DNA of 63,142 nt, filler included, from Octopus bimaculoides (Eukaryota), in NCBI RefSeq assembly GCF_001194135.2. It is 3 parts of 3 records of this genome, joined end to end, with 100 filler letters (N's around TTAATTAATTAA, not from the genome) between each part and the next. Parts side by side here need not be neighbours in the genome. Positions count along the whole stretch, not along the records: positions 1 to 25,467 come from NC_068981.1; 2 more parts are not named here. One strand, given 5' to 3'. Positions within the stretch are counted from its first letter, which is position 1; the number at the start of each line of letters is the position of its first letter. Of the stretch, positions 1 to 12,737 are shown piece after piece. Position numbers and translations under genes: made by a program. A model generated the notes under the pieces. That model did no database searches. It was not told where the DNA came from and saw nothing but the letters and a program-made list of their open reading frames with translations.

Positions 1-234
1 TGTGTGTGTGTGTGTGTTTGTGTGTCTGTGTTTGTCCCCCCCAACATCGCTTGATAACGGATGCTGGTGTGTTTACGTCCCCGTAACTTAGCGGTTCAGC
101 AAAAGAGACCGATAGAATAAGTACTATGCTTACAAAGAATAAATAAGTCCTGGGGCCAATTTTCTCGACTAAAGGCGGTGCTCCAGCATGGCCGCAGTCA
201 AATGACTGAAACAAGTAAGTAAGTAAAGAGTAAA
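1..234 (+). mobile_element. tRNA-derived SINE family 1, 3' half
   Basis: After (TG)n: gtttacgtccccgtaacttagcggttcagcaaaagagaccgatagaataagtact...gcggtgctccagcatggccgcagtcaaatgactgaaacaagta. It aligns by eye to the 3' halves of the copies at 20477, 23470 and 61301. Confidence 0.9.
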
Positions 235-899
235 TTAACCAAAAAAAAATAGTTTGCAGAATGGATTAAATACTCATCATTCAAAATTTGTTCAAAATTG
301 GTATAATTTTGGCACGTTTAAACTTCTTGATAGTTAGATATCATGCAAGCTGAACTAAAATTTAATAATCTGTAGTTACAAAGTCTGTTGTGTGTTTATT
401 TTTTTGTAAAGAAAACGACTCATTTCTTGATAATATTACAATAAGCAATGATTGAAGTGCCTTCGACGAAATCGTCGCTTCTTAGACTTCAGAATTCTAT
501 GCTCACAGAATAAATAGACGGATTTCTTATTGACAAAAATGTAGAGATTCTAATACTTGTTATTTCATTAAATAAACTTTGTTCTGGGCTGCAGTAATAT
601 TGCTTGAAGATGATGATCAAACCAGCAATTGATTCTGATTAAACCTGTCACGTTTAGCAGTTGGAAAAGATTAAGTCGTTTATATCCATAATGCTTGTGG
701 CATTAACATTGTCTAAGACATTCTTACAGGGTACAGTACTCGTGTAACAAAGATATCTGGAAATGGAGGAGACAAGTGATCCTATGTAATGTGCATAATT
801 GCCATTTTTATTTGAGCAAACCAGGAGTGATGAAATTTAACCTGAACTCAGGATGCAGATATTTTACTTAAACATTATACGGCGTATGTAACAACATAA

Positions 900-1095
900 C
901 ATAGGCATAAGTCCTTTGATTAGGGTGAGAGGTGTATAGTCGGTTAAATCAACGACACTGCTAGACAGTTGATTCATTTTATATGACCTAGAAGGATGGA
1001 AGGCAGAGTTTACCTCAGGGAGAATAGAATTCGAATCGTAAAGGAGCATACTTAAGTGTCACGTGGTATTTTGTGACACTTTATCGATTCTTTCA
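900..1095 (-). mobile_element. degenerate SINE family 2 copy
   Basis: The reverse strand resembles the copies at 31310 and 39441 (aaactctgccttccatccttctaggtcatataaaatg...ttgatttaaccgac). It is heavily diverged and the ends are approximate. Confidence 0.5.
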
Positions 1096-2054
1096 ATTTA
1101 CACACTCATATGACAATATAATATTGATTATTAACACGGGCACAAAATTTCAAATTTGTGGGGCTGGATATAATCGATTATACGGAACAAGATATTTTAA
1201 GAAAGTTACCTGTCTGTCGAGTGCTTTATTTCTAAACTACCTAACATAAGAGAAACTGGAGTTAAGCATTAAGATAGGATTCAAAGTTGTGTTAAGTGTT
1301 CAAAAGCTTAAACCCGAAAAGTCAATAAAATTGACGGAATCCTTTAATCAGTTATATTGCACCTAAGTAATAAACCATTCATTTGCAGAAACTAACTGGG
1401 CTCAGTAATGGACCGGTAAGCTCCAGATTTCGATTATCAATAAAATACCGTTTTCCCCATATTTGTTAACATCTCTAAGTCCTGTATTCAAAAGACTCAG
1501 AAATTCTAGTTTCTCCTCCCTCTGTCTACCTACATCTCAGTAGAATGGTAAGTAGTGTTAAGTGCTTCATAGAAGCCTCAATAAGGGGTCATGAATATCC
1601 ACATCTCTAGAATACAGAAAGGTCATACAATACCCTCCAGTAAAATATTCTTTAAATAGCCTTTCAAAATAAACACGTACTATAAAGTAAAGAAAATGAT
1701 ATCATTTTTATGTACATATAAACATATATGTATATACAGTTACGTTTAATGGAATATTTATTTTATAGTCCTACAGTTGTTATTGTTACAATTCTATTTT
1801 CAAAAAGTAACATATAAATAAATTATTAGATTATACACTCACAGCTTGAAGGTTTCAAAATATGTAGTAAATGAATTCTTATTTGTAAGGATTCCTTGCC
1901 TTTTAAAGAAAATGTAGGGAAATACATGGAGGATATTTTAACGCACAAAATACTTCCATCGACTAAATATACTTTTTAGTCTTTCATTTGATTAACCATT
2001 TTTTACTGCTGTTGTTAATTTGTGAATAATAGTACAGATATAGGTGTTTATTTG

Positions 2055-2058
2055 CATG

Positions 2059-2115
<57 letters not shown>

Positions 2116-2145
2116 ATGTGTGTGTTTGTGTGTGTGTGTACATGT

Positions 2146-2177
<32 letters not shown>

Positions 2178-2236
2178 CTCTGTGTGTCTGTGTGTGTGTG
2201 TGTATGTGTGTGTGTGTGCGCGTGTGTGTGTGTGTG
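2055..2236. repeat. (TG)n microsatellite
   Basis: Direct reading. Confidence 0.97.
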
Positions 2237-4821
2237 TAAAAACTATGAGCAGATACTGTTAAAAGAATGTCACTGCACAACTTAGAACTTGGTTAAATTA
2301 AAGTTTTTATTTTATTTAAAAGAAAACTCAAAACAAATTCCTTTAAGTTAAAGTGATTCTTTACTCATTTAGCATTTTTCTCAACTATTATTCATTCTTT
2401 AATCACTTAGCTTTCTCATCAATCCTCTTGTAAAGGCTTAATTAGAAATTTATATCGATAACATGAAAGTCCAAAATTTACTTCTAACATTTTCCAATGC
2501 TTTGTCATTATTATGATAAAGTTCAATTATAAAATTCAGATATTCTGTTTCCAGAGCATTCAGCCTGTAAAGAATATATATATCCTCTTTGGATGCGGGA
2601 ATCGTCTGCCACAAAAATTATTTCTGAGAAGACTTGTGCAAAGAAAAACAAAATTTACCGTTTCACTCCGGCATTCTAGACCCCCAAGTCGTGGATCTAT
2701 CAAGAGTAATTCTACTAGACTGTGAAGTGAATCAAAGCTTATATCAATTCTACAAAAGTAGGTGAGGAAAGATTCCTTAGTTACATGAAAGGGGTGAAGA
2801 ACCATTGGGATGTAAACTGTCGCAACTATTCACATGTCAATGAAAATTGATTTTACCAAAACGTTCATTTCGTTAATAAGAAAGCTGCTGCTCTACTTAA
2901 GTTGAATCAAGCAGGAAAATGCTTAGTAAATAATAATTCCAATACCCCAGGAGGAACTGTGATCTAGTAAAGTTGCTGAAGACATGAAGACATACGAAAC
3001 AAAAGCGGTAGCAACAACACTGAAACAGGATTACGGTTTTTTCAAGAGCTTGCGGTAGTCCCTTACATACATGAAGAAATGTGTGAGAGAAGCAAAGTCT
3101 AAATGCAGTTCTTATATTGATAGACAACTGTGTATGCCGATAGCGCTCAAATGAAAGCGCTATGATACGAATCAATAAGAAAACTATTGACTTGATATTA
3201 TAAGTGATTGATCCGGGTGCTAATAAACATATGTAAAATGGAAGCTTCGAGCCTTTAGACACTGAATTTTCTGCTGTATTGTAATGCAATTACCATTCAC
3301 CAAAAGAGAATATAACAGAAGTCGCCTGAATGATTAACATACAACCAAAATGGATGTTATCTCTCAAAAAGGACGTCAACAGAGCTCGGAAAGAAGTTCG
3401 AACCAATAGGTACTAATATTTGATTCAAGGTAAATACTGAATTTACAACGATCAGCTGCAAAACAACGAGAGACTATTGGAAGTTTAGGAAACTGCTGAT
3501 GATATTTATCAAACAGCCGCAAAAGAATCGAAATACCAACTATTTATACTTCATGAAATATTATATGACAACAAATGCCTAAACAGGATATGACTTTAGT
3601 TTTGAAGAGTAATAATGTATATTTAGTATTCTTCTATAAAGTTTGCGGCATAAAAATAAATCTTCTAATTGGTTAGTCATTGGAAAAAATATTTGTTTAT
3701 AAAATAATGCCAAAAACATTAGAAAACACATTAAATTACATCTTTCCTGCATTGAGAAGCCTATTTTTTAAATAATATTTTCATGCATTTTCTCTGAATT
3801 CTTTTTCTCTGTTCGTGTTTATCTCGTATTGGTATCATTTCTAGTTATTCTATTAATATTTCCTTCCCTCTTTGAAATTCTTAGTTATTTTCTATCTTAT
3901 CTAATTTCACTTTCCACTCACTCAGTGATTAGTTTTCCTCTCCTCTATTCTCTCTTTCACTTCTACTTGCTTTATGTATATTTTTTAAAGAGCTTGCGAT
4001 ATAATTTTTAAAATTTTGACTATTTCTTGTGGCATTCATTACTAATAATTACTCTTTGGAAACTTTGTGTTTCTTTTACCATTCAAGGGAACTTTTGTCT
4101 TGAAAATAGAATTTCTTTTATGAAATCAGCAAGATTTTTACGTTGTACGTGACCAACGAATTAAAGACGGTAAAGAAACATTTATCTTTTTCTTTAGTCT
4201 GTATCTGAGCTAATACGCAAACATCCATTCATTGGAACGGCGGAGAGTGAAGGAGAGAATAGAAAATAGAAATAGCATATAAATTGGATTGAAAATATGA
4301 AAACAAAATATAAATACTTCGTGCTACCTCGGTGTTCTCGTTGTTGTTCTTGTTTTCTCAATTTATCTTTTCACAAATTCATTTTTTTTTTTAAATTTCT
4401 GTTAATATTACCATTCATTCTATTTAGGAATACATAGTGAAATATATAGTATTAATAATAAAATGAAAAAAAGATATCAACATGAAAGAAGCAAAGAAAA
4501 CTCAACAAATTTCCATGTTAAATATTTCTTTAATTTCTAACGTAATTTTGTGTTATTTTACATCCACAAATAAATTTTGTCATGTTTGCATGTATTCACA
4601 AACATATTAGATAAAACAAACGTTTGCATTCATCTCCGGTTTTTCAATTTTTTTTTTATGCACACACAAAACATGCTTTCACATAAACCCATGAAAACAT
4701 ACACACACATTCCAAATGAAATATAGAACACACATATAGATGCACACAGAAACATACATGTAGATACACATGCGCATATATATAACATGTATAAACATAT
4801 ATATGTACGAGTATGCATACA

Positions 4822-4831
4822 TAGATAGAAT

Positions 4832-4893
<62 letters not shown>

Positions 4894-4895
4894 CA
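4822..4895. repeat. (TAGA)n microsatellite
   Basis: Direct reading. Confidence 0.97.
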
Positions 4896-5029
4896 GAAAG
4901 AGTTTTGATAGCATGTGTATTGTTTGTTATATAGACATTTCAATATGTATATATATATAATCATGCACACACACGNNNNNNNNNNNNNNNNNNNNNNNNN
5001 NNNNNNNNNNNNNNNNNNNNNNNNNNNNN

Positions 5030-5063
<34 letters not shown>

Positions 5064-6668
5064 TATATGTATGTATGTAAGTATATATATGCGTCTGGAG
5101 GGATATATTATCCGGACGGATAACGCATTAGCTCTCAGTTGGATTCCAGTTGACGGCTTGCCACAACGATCAGCATCCAACGTCTGTGCCTACATTTACA
5201 TGTTAGTCAATCCGTGAATACTTCTGGTGAGTAATTCCGTGTACTCTATGCTGGACGTAAAAAGATGTCTGGAGTAAAAAGACGTTAATAGTAATAAAGA
5301 GTATAGAGACTTATACATCCGCAGAATTTATTTTATAGCTATATACAGCATCTTATAATGACCTACACGTGTTTCCACTGCAGCAACTACCCACTGTTGC
5401 AAATGCAACATTGCAATATTAATGGTGCAGGCAGCAGAATCAGGGTTCGTTCATTTAGACATACTAGATGCGAACTGGTTGAAGTAAATTTACGTTAGTT
5501 AGTGTTCTGTGGGAGGTTGGGATGTTGTTATTTATAGGTATGTGTTGATGGCCTCAACTTTACCCCAGTCGCTGTCCGAAGTTGGGTCTTGGTCTTAAAA
5601 TAGGTTTAGGTCGAAAAGGTTGTTTTGTAAGGCTCTTCTAGTGTAACGTTTGTATTGAAGGGTACTTGTTTGTTCACATTCATTTTTTTTATTGCGTTGC
5701 TCCTTTATTCGTGTTCATATTGTGTAGGGTATTTATTATTTTTATTAATGATGGTTATTAAATTAGTTTTAGATTTAGGCTATGTTACTACTATTAATTA
5801 TATTGAGCGTAATTCTTGCTGGGGCATTGGCTATCTAGAATTATCTATATTTCTTAAAGGTCAGTCTGTGCCTATGTAAACATCTGAGGGCTTGTTCGTG
5901 TCTTGTATAAATTAATGCGTGTTTTGATGTAAATATTTGGTAAAGCTCTTCTACGCACAGGTCGCATCTATTTCCCTCTAATCGATAAGGCTTAGTAGTA
6001 CTAATTAGTTCTCAATCGATAGAATAGCTATTGTTTTTGTCTTTAATTGACCAAATTAGTTTACTTTGGCTCATATTATTATTATTTCTATTTCTAAAGG
6101 AATTTAAATGATTGGCTAGTCTCTTTTTTTTTTTTTGAAAAACAGAAAGCTGGTACTTATATAAAAGTATTCTCTAACTTCCAAGGTAACCAGGTTCCTA
6201 GTTTTACATCTTCAATGTAATAGGCATATTTTATTTCTTGCACAGTTGCATACACTTGTTTGTCTATTTGTATTGTTTATTGCGTCATTTACTTCCTTTT
6301 CTTCCTACATCCGGTCCGGTATTATTTCTGAATTCCCTAGGGATATTAATTTCAGTGCTGCTCTTTCTGGCGGTTCGTTCTTCAATTTCCATACCTGTGA
6401 AAGGATTTTCTAGGTCTGGTTCTTCTGTTAGCATCCCTCTTACTCTAATGCATTATACTACGGTCTCATTGCATATATACCATTTGTTGTTATATATTTC
6501 TTCCTTCTTATTTAGATTCGACACACACACGCATACACATAGACACATAGAGGTCAATGCATAAATGCATATATGCATCATATATATATACATATATACA
6601 AACACACAGACACACACACATATACATATGTATAAATAAATGTGTGAGTACATATATATATATATATA

Positions 6669-7616
6669 TTAGGTCATCCCATAAATAATGCGGGTTTTTA
6701 ATTGCATGTGCTAAAAGTCGGAGGGGGACGGTATAAGCTGCCTGCATCAACTTGCTCTAAAAGCGGGTAGTAAGTTTACCATGTACTTCTTCCTAGTGCA
6801 AGTTTTGAAGAGTGCGGTTCAATTCTAACACTTATTTTTTCAAAGTTATAATGTAAGTGACAAAGGAGAATATTTGGCATATTTTACTTTATGAATTCAA
6901 TAAAGGGAACAATGCAACGGAAAGTGCGAGGAATATTAATGCAGTATATGGGAATCAGTCAATACGTGTAAACCAGTATCAACGGTGGTTCCAGAAATTT
7001 CGAGCCGGAAACTACAGCCTAGAAGAAGAGTCGCGTCCTGGATGATCTGTAGAGCTCGACGAGGACGTCTTGCAAACCCTGGTATAACAAAACTTCATCG
7101 TAAAAGTTGAGGAATTAGCAGAGAAGCTTGTATTTAGTCATTAACCCATTCATTGACACTTGCGGGCCATCGGAAAAGTCATCAAATTGGGTTAATGGGT
7201 TCCTCACAAATTTTCCTAGTCTAATCGCGTGCAGAGAGTGAACGTGTGCTCTTCTTTTCTCTCACGTCACACGAATGAATATTTTTTGGACCGAATAGTG
7301 ACTGGTGACGAGAAATGGGTTCTCTATGAAAATATCAAGCACCGAAGATACTGGTAAGGGAAATGAGAAACACCGGCACCAGAGGCTAAAGAAGGTTTTC
7401 ACTTACGTAAGGTGTTCTTATCTGATATGAAAGGTTTAGTACACTTTGAACTTTTAAACCAAAAGTAAACAACAACAAAGGAGATCTACTGCGAGCACCT
7501 TGAGCGGCTTGAATCAGCGCCAGAAGAAAAACGATCATCTTTGCTTTCAAGACGAAAGGTTTTCTTTTATCAGAATAATGCTCGGCTATATACAGCGTGA
7601 ATGATATTCCAAAGGC
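6669..7616 (+). mobile_element. mariner (Tc1/mariner, DD34D-type) transposon, 3'-truncated, family A
   Basis: TA followed by TIR ttaggtcatcccataaataatgcgg at 6669, which matches the TIRs of the copy at 49934-50854. Transposase remnant lies inside; no right TIR. Confidence 0.92.
6851..7616 (+). pseudogene. mariner transposase pseudogene (HTH domains to second catalytic Asp)
   Basis: One frame with several stops: ...HILLYEFNKGNNATESARNINAVYG...RWFQKFRAGNYSLEEESRPG*...LG*WVPHKF...FLDRIVTGDEKWVLYEN...FFYQNNARLYTA. WVPH, TGDEKW and degenerate HDNARPH are mariner hallmarks. Confidence 0.92.
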
Positions 7617-7699
7617 ATTCCAAAGGAAACAAAGAGAGAAACAAGGAGAAAAAAGAATTGCGTGTAGTGGTCGGCGATCTATCATATGATCTATCATAC

Positions 7700-7862
7700 A
7701 TTTTTTTCTCTCCTTGTTTTTTTTTTTCTGTGTTCCTTTCTGTAGAAGAGCGTAGGGTCGAAACGTTAAAGACTTTCTCAATTCCCGAGCGCTATACTAA
7801 TATATCTATTTGTTTTCTACACTACATGTCTTCGTCTGTTGTTTTTGTGAATTCTACCTATA
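7700..7862 (+). mobile_element. Penelope-like element terminus (short repeat carrying a minimal hammerhead-like motif)
   Basis: Clearly homologous to the reverse strand of 25140-25312 (ctttctgtNgaagagcgtag..cgaaacgtNaaagactttc...cccgagcg..atactaat...gtc.tcgtctgttgtt) and ends in (TA)n. The Penelope assignment is inferred from the minimal hammerhead architecture. Confidence 0.6.
7735..7772 (+). ncRNA. minimal type I hammerhead-like ribozyme motif (core CUGUAGA, A6U variant)
   Basis: Stem I cttt/aaag; CTGTAGA 7740-7746; extra A; stem II gagc-gtag-ggtc (one mismatch); GAAA 7760-7763; self-complementary ACGT as stem III; predicted cleavage after GUU (7767). Confidence 0.5.
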
Positions 7863-9194
7863 TATATACGTACATACATATATATATATATATATATATA
7901 NNNNNNNNNNNNNNNNNNNNNNNNNNNNNNNNNNNNNNNNNNNNNNNNNNNNNNNNNNNNNNNNNNNNNNNNNNNNNNNNNNNNNNNNNNNNNNNNNNNN
8001 NNNNNNNNNNNNNNNNNNNNNNNNNNNNNNNNNNNNNNNNNNNNNNNNNNNNNNNNNNNNNNNNNNNNNNNNNNNNNNNNNNNNNNNNNNNNNNNNNNNN
8101 NNNNNNNNNNNNNNNNNNNNNNNNNNNNNNNNNNNNNNNNNNNNNNNNNNNNNNNNNNNNNNNNNNNNNNNNNNNNNNNNNNNNNNNNNNNNNNNNNNNN
8201 NNNNNNNNNNNNNNNNNNNNNNNNNNNNNNNNNNNNNNNNNNNNNNNNNNNNNNNNNNNNNNNNNNTGTGTGTGTGTGTGTGTGTGTGTGTGTGTTCAAT
8301 GTGTGCAAATAGCACGGAAAAAATATATAAATAGCAGGGTAGCAAAAATTCACATAAGTGCCAAGGATTTTACGGCCTACTTATAAAGGTAGAAATTCCA
8401 GGGTTGAGTGAAACGTTTTTGTATAATATAGATGAATTAAGAAATGGAGTCAAATGCAGGTGTTATTCAAATAATTTATACTTCCAACATACGTTTCGCA
8501 AATAGCATTGATATTATTCCCGAGGGAATAAAAAACAGGTAAAACAATGAAATCATCTTCTGAGGGAAAATAAGAGAAGCATAACACATCAATAAGCCAT
8601 TTTCACTGAATGTGATTACACGTATATGATGAAAGGGAATGCTGGCAAGTTATATTTAAAAAAAAACGTGAATAGATTTAACGTCAAAGGTAATTTAAAG
8701 AAGGAGAAGAAAGGAAAGAAATTAACAGAAAATTATGAGTGGAGAAATATAGTTTGAGAGATGAATGGGAATAAAGCTTAAAAGCGTGGAAATAGACATA
8801 TGTAGTGGAAATAAATTGAAACAGACGCTTAAAGGTCGAATTTCATAGATTGGTAGAAATTATTTATAGGAACTAAAGGTATGTTTTGCCAATGTTTACA
8901 ACAATAAATGCGTTTATCGTTGTAAACATTGACAAAAGTATGCCTATAAGTAATTTCTGCTAGTCTATAAAATGTGTGTGAACGTCTGTGTGTGTATCTA
9001 TGTGTGTACTTTGGGGAAATAATGGCTGTTGCCCACACATGCGAGTTTCCCGTTTCCAAGAGAAAGGTTACTATGTTGGGCCGATACAGCTTGATACAAG
9101 TGCCATCATAGGCGTTCCTTTCAGATCTCAGACACCCGGAACAAATACGGCATGTTATATTGCCTGTCTTTCTGAAACTTTCCCAAACTTACGA

Positions 9195-9320
9195 CCCATC
9201 GATTACAATGTTTTATCGACCCACGAAAGATGAAAGGCAAAATTTAGATACCGGAATTTGAACTCAGAGAGCAGGCATTCTATCTAACAGCCTAACAGCT
9301 CTTCTGATTTTCCGCCTTAT
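9195..9320 (-). mobile_element. degenerate SINE family 2 copy
   Basis: Reverse strand aaggcggaaaatcagaag...tctgagttcaaattccggtatctaaattttgcctttcatctttcgtgggtcgataaaa matches the family 2 head and body. Confidence 0.65.
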
Positions 9321-10711
9321 ACCGCCTATTACAAACGTTGAAATAACATTGATTTCGGTCTTGAGATTATGTAACATTTAATCGTTTTCTCAAGGGCATT
9401 AATAGATTAAGTCAAAGTAAACATTTGAAACTGAATTGATTTGGTGAAAAATTTGAATACCTCTAACAACTAAAAGCAAATATAGCCCCTATAAAATGAT
9501 TTGATTTCCAAATAAGTATGCTATAATCATGAAATTAAAGCAGCTAAACATATTTCAAAAGTTAATTTAATTCTTTATAGATGCCATTCTTATGTAAGCC
9601 GTAATGTTATATAAGTTATGTATTAAATATAAACGGCAAGTACATATAATGTAATATACCTATTAACATCTTTAACATCCAAACCAGTTTACTTTGGAAA
9701 CAGAGATTTCACCTGAAAGAATGACATTTTCAGAAATTATATTCGTTCATGCCCAAAATTAAATTTCTTTTCCAATCATGAAATAACAATCAAATAAAAA
9801 TGAAAATAATTCTGAAATATTTTCACTGAAGGCTTTTTAAAAACAGCTCTCGTCATAAACACAAGCAATTATTGACATTTTTTATGTTATAATTTCGGGT
9901 GTCGCAGTTTTTGTTGTTAATTACAGATATTTATTAAATATTCAAATGATAAAAGAATAATATCTCCAAGATATTTCTTTTAATAGAATTTTTTTTATTA
10001 TCATTAAATATCTTTATTGTCATTCATTCATTCCAAAATTTCAACAGTTATGTGCTCAAGAGAAATAAATATATTCCTGGCTTGCGTTCTTTTTTCCTTT
10101 TATTTTAGGTATTTTTTGTTCATCTCTTTTTTTTTTCTTTAAACCCAAGTTTAAACGATTGGTTTGAATGTAAAATTAATTTGTGTAAAACAAAGAAAAA
10201 AGACATTTTAAAATGCTTTTGATAAATCAAATTCTATTCTTTTGGCGTTTTAAACAAAAGAATAATAGTTTATATATACATATNNNNNNNNNNNNNNNNN
10301 NNNNNNNNNNNNNNNNNNNNNNNNNNNNNNNNNNNNNNNNNNNNNNNNNNNNNNNNNNNNNNNNNNNNNNNNNNNNNNNNNNNNNNNNNNNNNNNNNNNN
10401 NNNNNNNNNNNNNNNNNNNNNNNNNNNNNNNNNNNNNNNNNNNNNNNNNNNNNNNNNNNNNNNNNNNNNNNNNNNNNNNNNNNNNNNNNNNNNNNNNNNN
10501 NNNNNNNNNNNNNNNNNNNNNNNNNNNNNNNNNNNNNNNNNNNNNNNNNNNNNNNNNNNNNNNNNNNNNNNNNNNNNNNNNNNNNNNNNNNNNNNNNNNN
10601 NNNNNNNNNNNNNNNNNNNNNNNNNNNNNNNNNNNNNNNNNNNNNNNNNNNNNNNNNNNNNNNNNNNNNNNNNNNNNNNNNNNNNNNNNNNNNNNNNATA
10701 AACATATTATA

Positions 10712-10752
<41 letters not shown>

Positions 10753-11987
10753 CATATTTTTTATACTTTTATATCAAGGAGAGGCTAAAAATCAAATTAT
10801 ATTTCTTATTTACCTAAATAAGAGATCTAAAACCAAAAAAATATGTGACAAATATATAATTACAATTATTTGATATTTAAATTAAATGAAGCTGAAAGCA
10901 TCTGCTATTAGTTGTTTCCTTCCTTTCTTCCTACCTCTCTGCATTATGTTGTTATTTACTTTTGTACGACATTTTATTGATAATTATGATATTATTCTGG
11001 TAGCAGGAGGTTTATATGCCATTATTTCCAGTCTAAATATTTTAAAATTCATAACATGATATTTCAAGAAAAGGGATTATATGTAAGTAGATAATACATG
11101 CATGCATGCTTAGATACATACATACACGTATATCAGCAAAAATATGCAAGACTGCTTAAGTTCAAAACATGACGTTGTTTTTGTTATCCACATTCCATTG
11201 TATCTGTTAGAAGTCAGCTCTTCCTTATAGGAAGTCTTTAAATAATTAATAATAGAATACAGCACTACACACACATACCCATACATGCACATGCATATAT
11301 ATATGCATATGTATATATCTATATCTATATAGATTGATGTACACATACACACATATATACGTGTGTGTGTGTGTGTGTGTGTGTGTATGAAGATAAATTT
11401 ATTTACATGGATGGTTTTGTGCGTCTAAGAGCGTGTTTGTTGTCAGTTTACTAGTAAGAACAATTAACCCTTAAACCGAGGGAAAGGGTTTCTTGAATGT
11501 GAGTGCCAAACGGACAGAAACGAAAAATATCTCATTTTCTTAATAGTAATTTTTATACATACTTTTTCTTTAAATAAATACAAGAACATGTGAAATGGTT
11601 AGTCTCTCGGATAATAAAATTTACATTCTCATTATCGACAAGTGCAGTGAAATATTCACTTTTCTTTGATGATGGCCGTGTGCACGTAAAATTTTTAAGC
11701 ATCAGTTGATTTCTTCCACTGTTTAAGTGTAAATAACATGTAACCCTGTACGGTCTATTCTATGTTTAAGTCATCAGCATGTAGGCCAGTAGCTCTTTCA
11801 AGCCTTGTTGCTGAATAAAGGGATTTTAATGTGGATACCCTGTGAAATGGAAGGGAAAATCCTTCAAAGATGCGAAGAAGCCAGGAGAGTCAACAGTCAT
11901 CTCATAACGTCTGTTTGTAAGTTCATATATGTGTGTATTTATGCCTGCTGTATAATGCGCATCGGAGAAGAATGCACTAATTTTTCC

Positions 11988-12072
11988 TCTTCTTCTTCTT
12001 CTTCTTCTTCTTCTTCTTCTTCTTTTTCTTTTTCTTTTTCTTCTTCTTCTTCTTCTCCTTCTCCTTCTCCTT

Positions 12073-12103
<31 letters not shown>

Positions 12104-12130
12104 TTATTATTATTATTATTATTATTATCA
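11988..12130. repeat. compound (TTC)n/(CTCCTT)n/(TTA)n microsatellite
   Basis: Direct reading; explains the poly-S/K/R/Y ORFs. Confidence 0.95.
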
Positions 12131-12558
12131 TGTTGTTTTTTTTCTTCTTTCTTCAAATTTTCTTCCATTTCTCGCCGAGTGTTTTCCGTACACCTAGGGC
12201 AGAGAAACTCGTATGCATTCCCAGTTCACACACGCAAATCCACAGGTAAAACATGTATTTAAGAAAACAAAAAAAAAATTCATGAATGGATGTTGTTTTC
12301 ACAGCGATAATGCTCTTCTCAGNNNNNNNNNNNNNNNNNNNNNNNNNNNNNNNNNNNNNNNNNNNNNNNNNNNNNNNNNNNNNNNNNNNNNNNNNNNNNN
12401 NNNNNNNNNNNNNNNNNNNNNNNNNNNNNNNNNNNNNNNNNNNNNNNNNNNNNNNNNNNNNNNNNNNNNNNNNNNNNNNNNNNNNNNNNNNNNNNGTCAA
12501 ATTCTTTCGCCGCTATATTATGATCAGAGGGAATACTCATGTCAATTAATAAACACGT

Positions 12559-12559
12559 C

Positions 12560-12620
<61 letters not shown>

Positions 12621-12737
12621 CATCATTATTATTATTATTATCATCATCATTATTATTATTATTATTATCATCATTATTATTATCATCATCATCATCATCA
12701 TCATTATTATTATTATTATCATTATTATTACTACTAC
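12559..12737. repeat. (TTA)n/(TCA)n microsatellite
   Basis: Direct reading. Confidence 0.95.

Noticed and set aside
725-870. VQYSCNK, sushi-domain-like peptide
   Set aside because: The rest of the CCP/sushi pattern (GY, W, PxC) is missing.
11795-11920. Possible exon ending in gtaagt (11915-11920)
   Set aside because: No recognisable protein and no partner exons; such splice-like motifs are frequent by chance.
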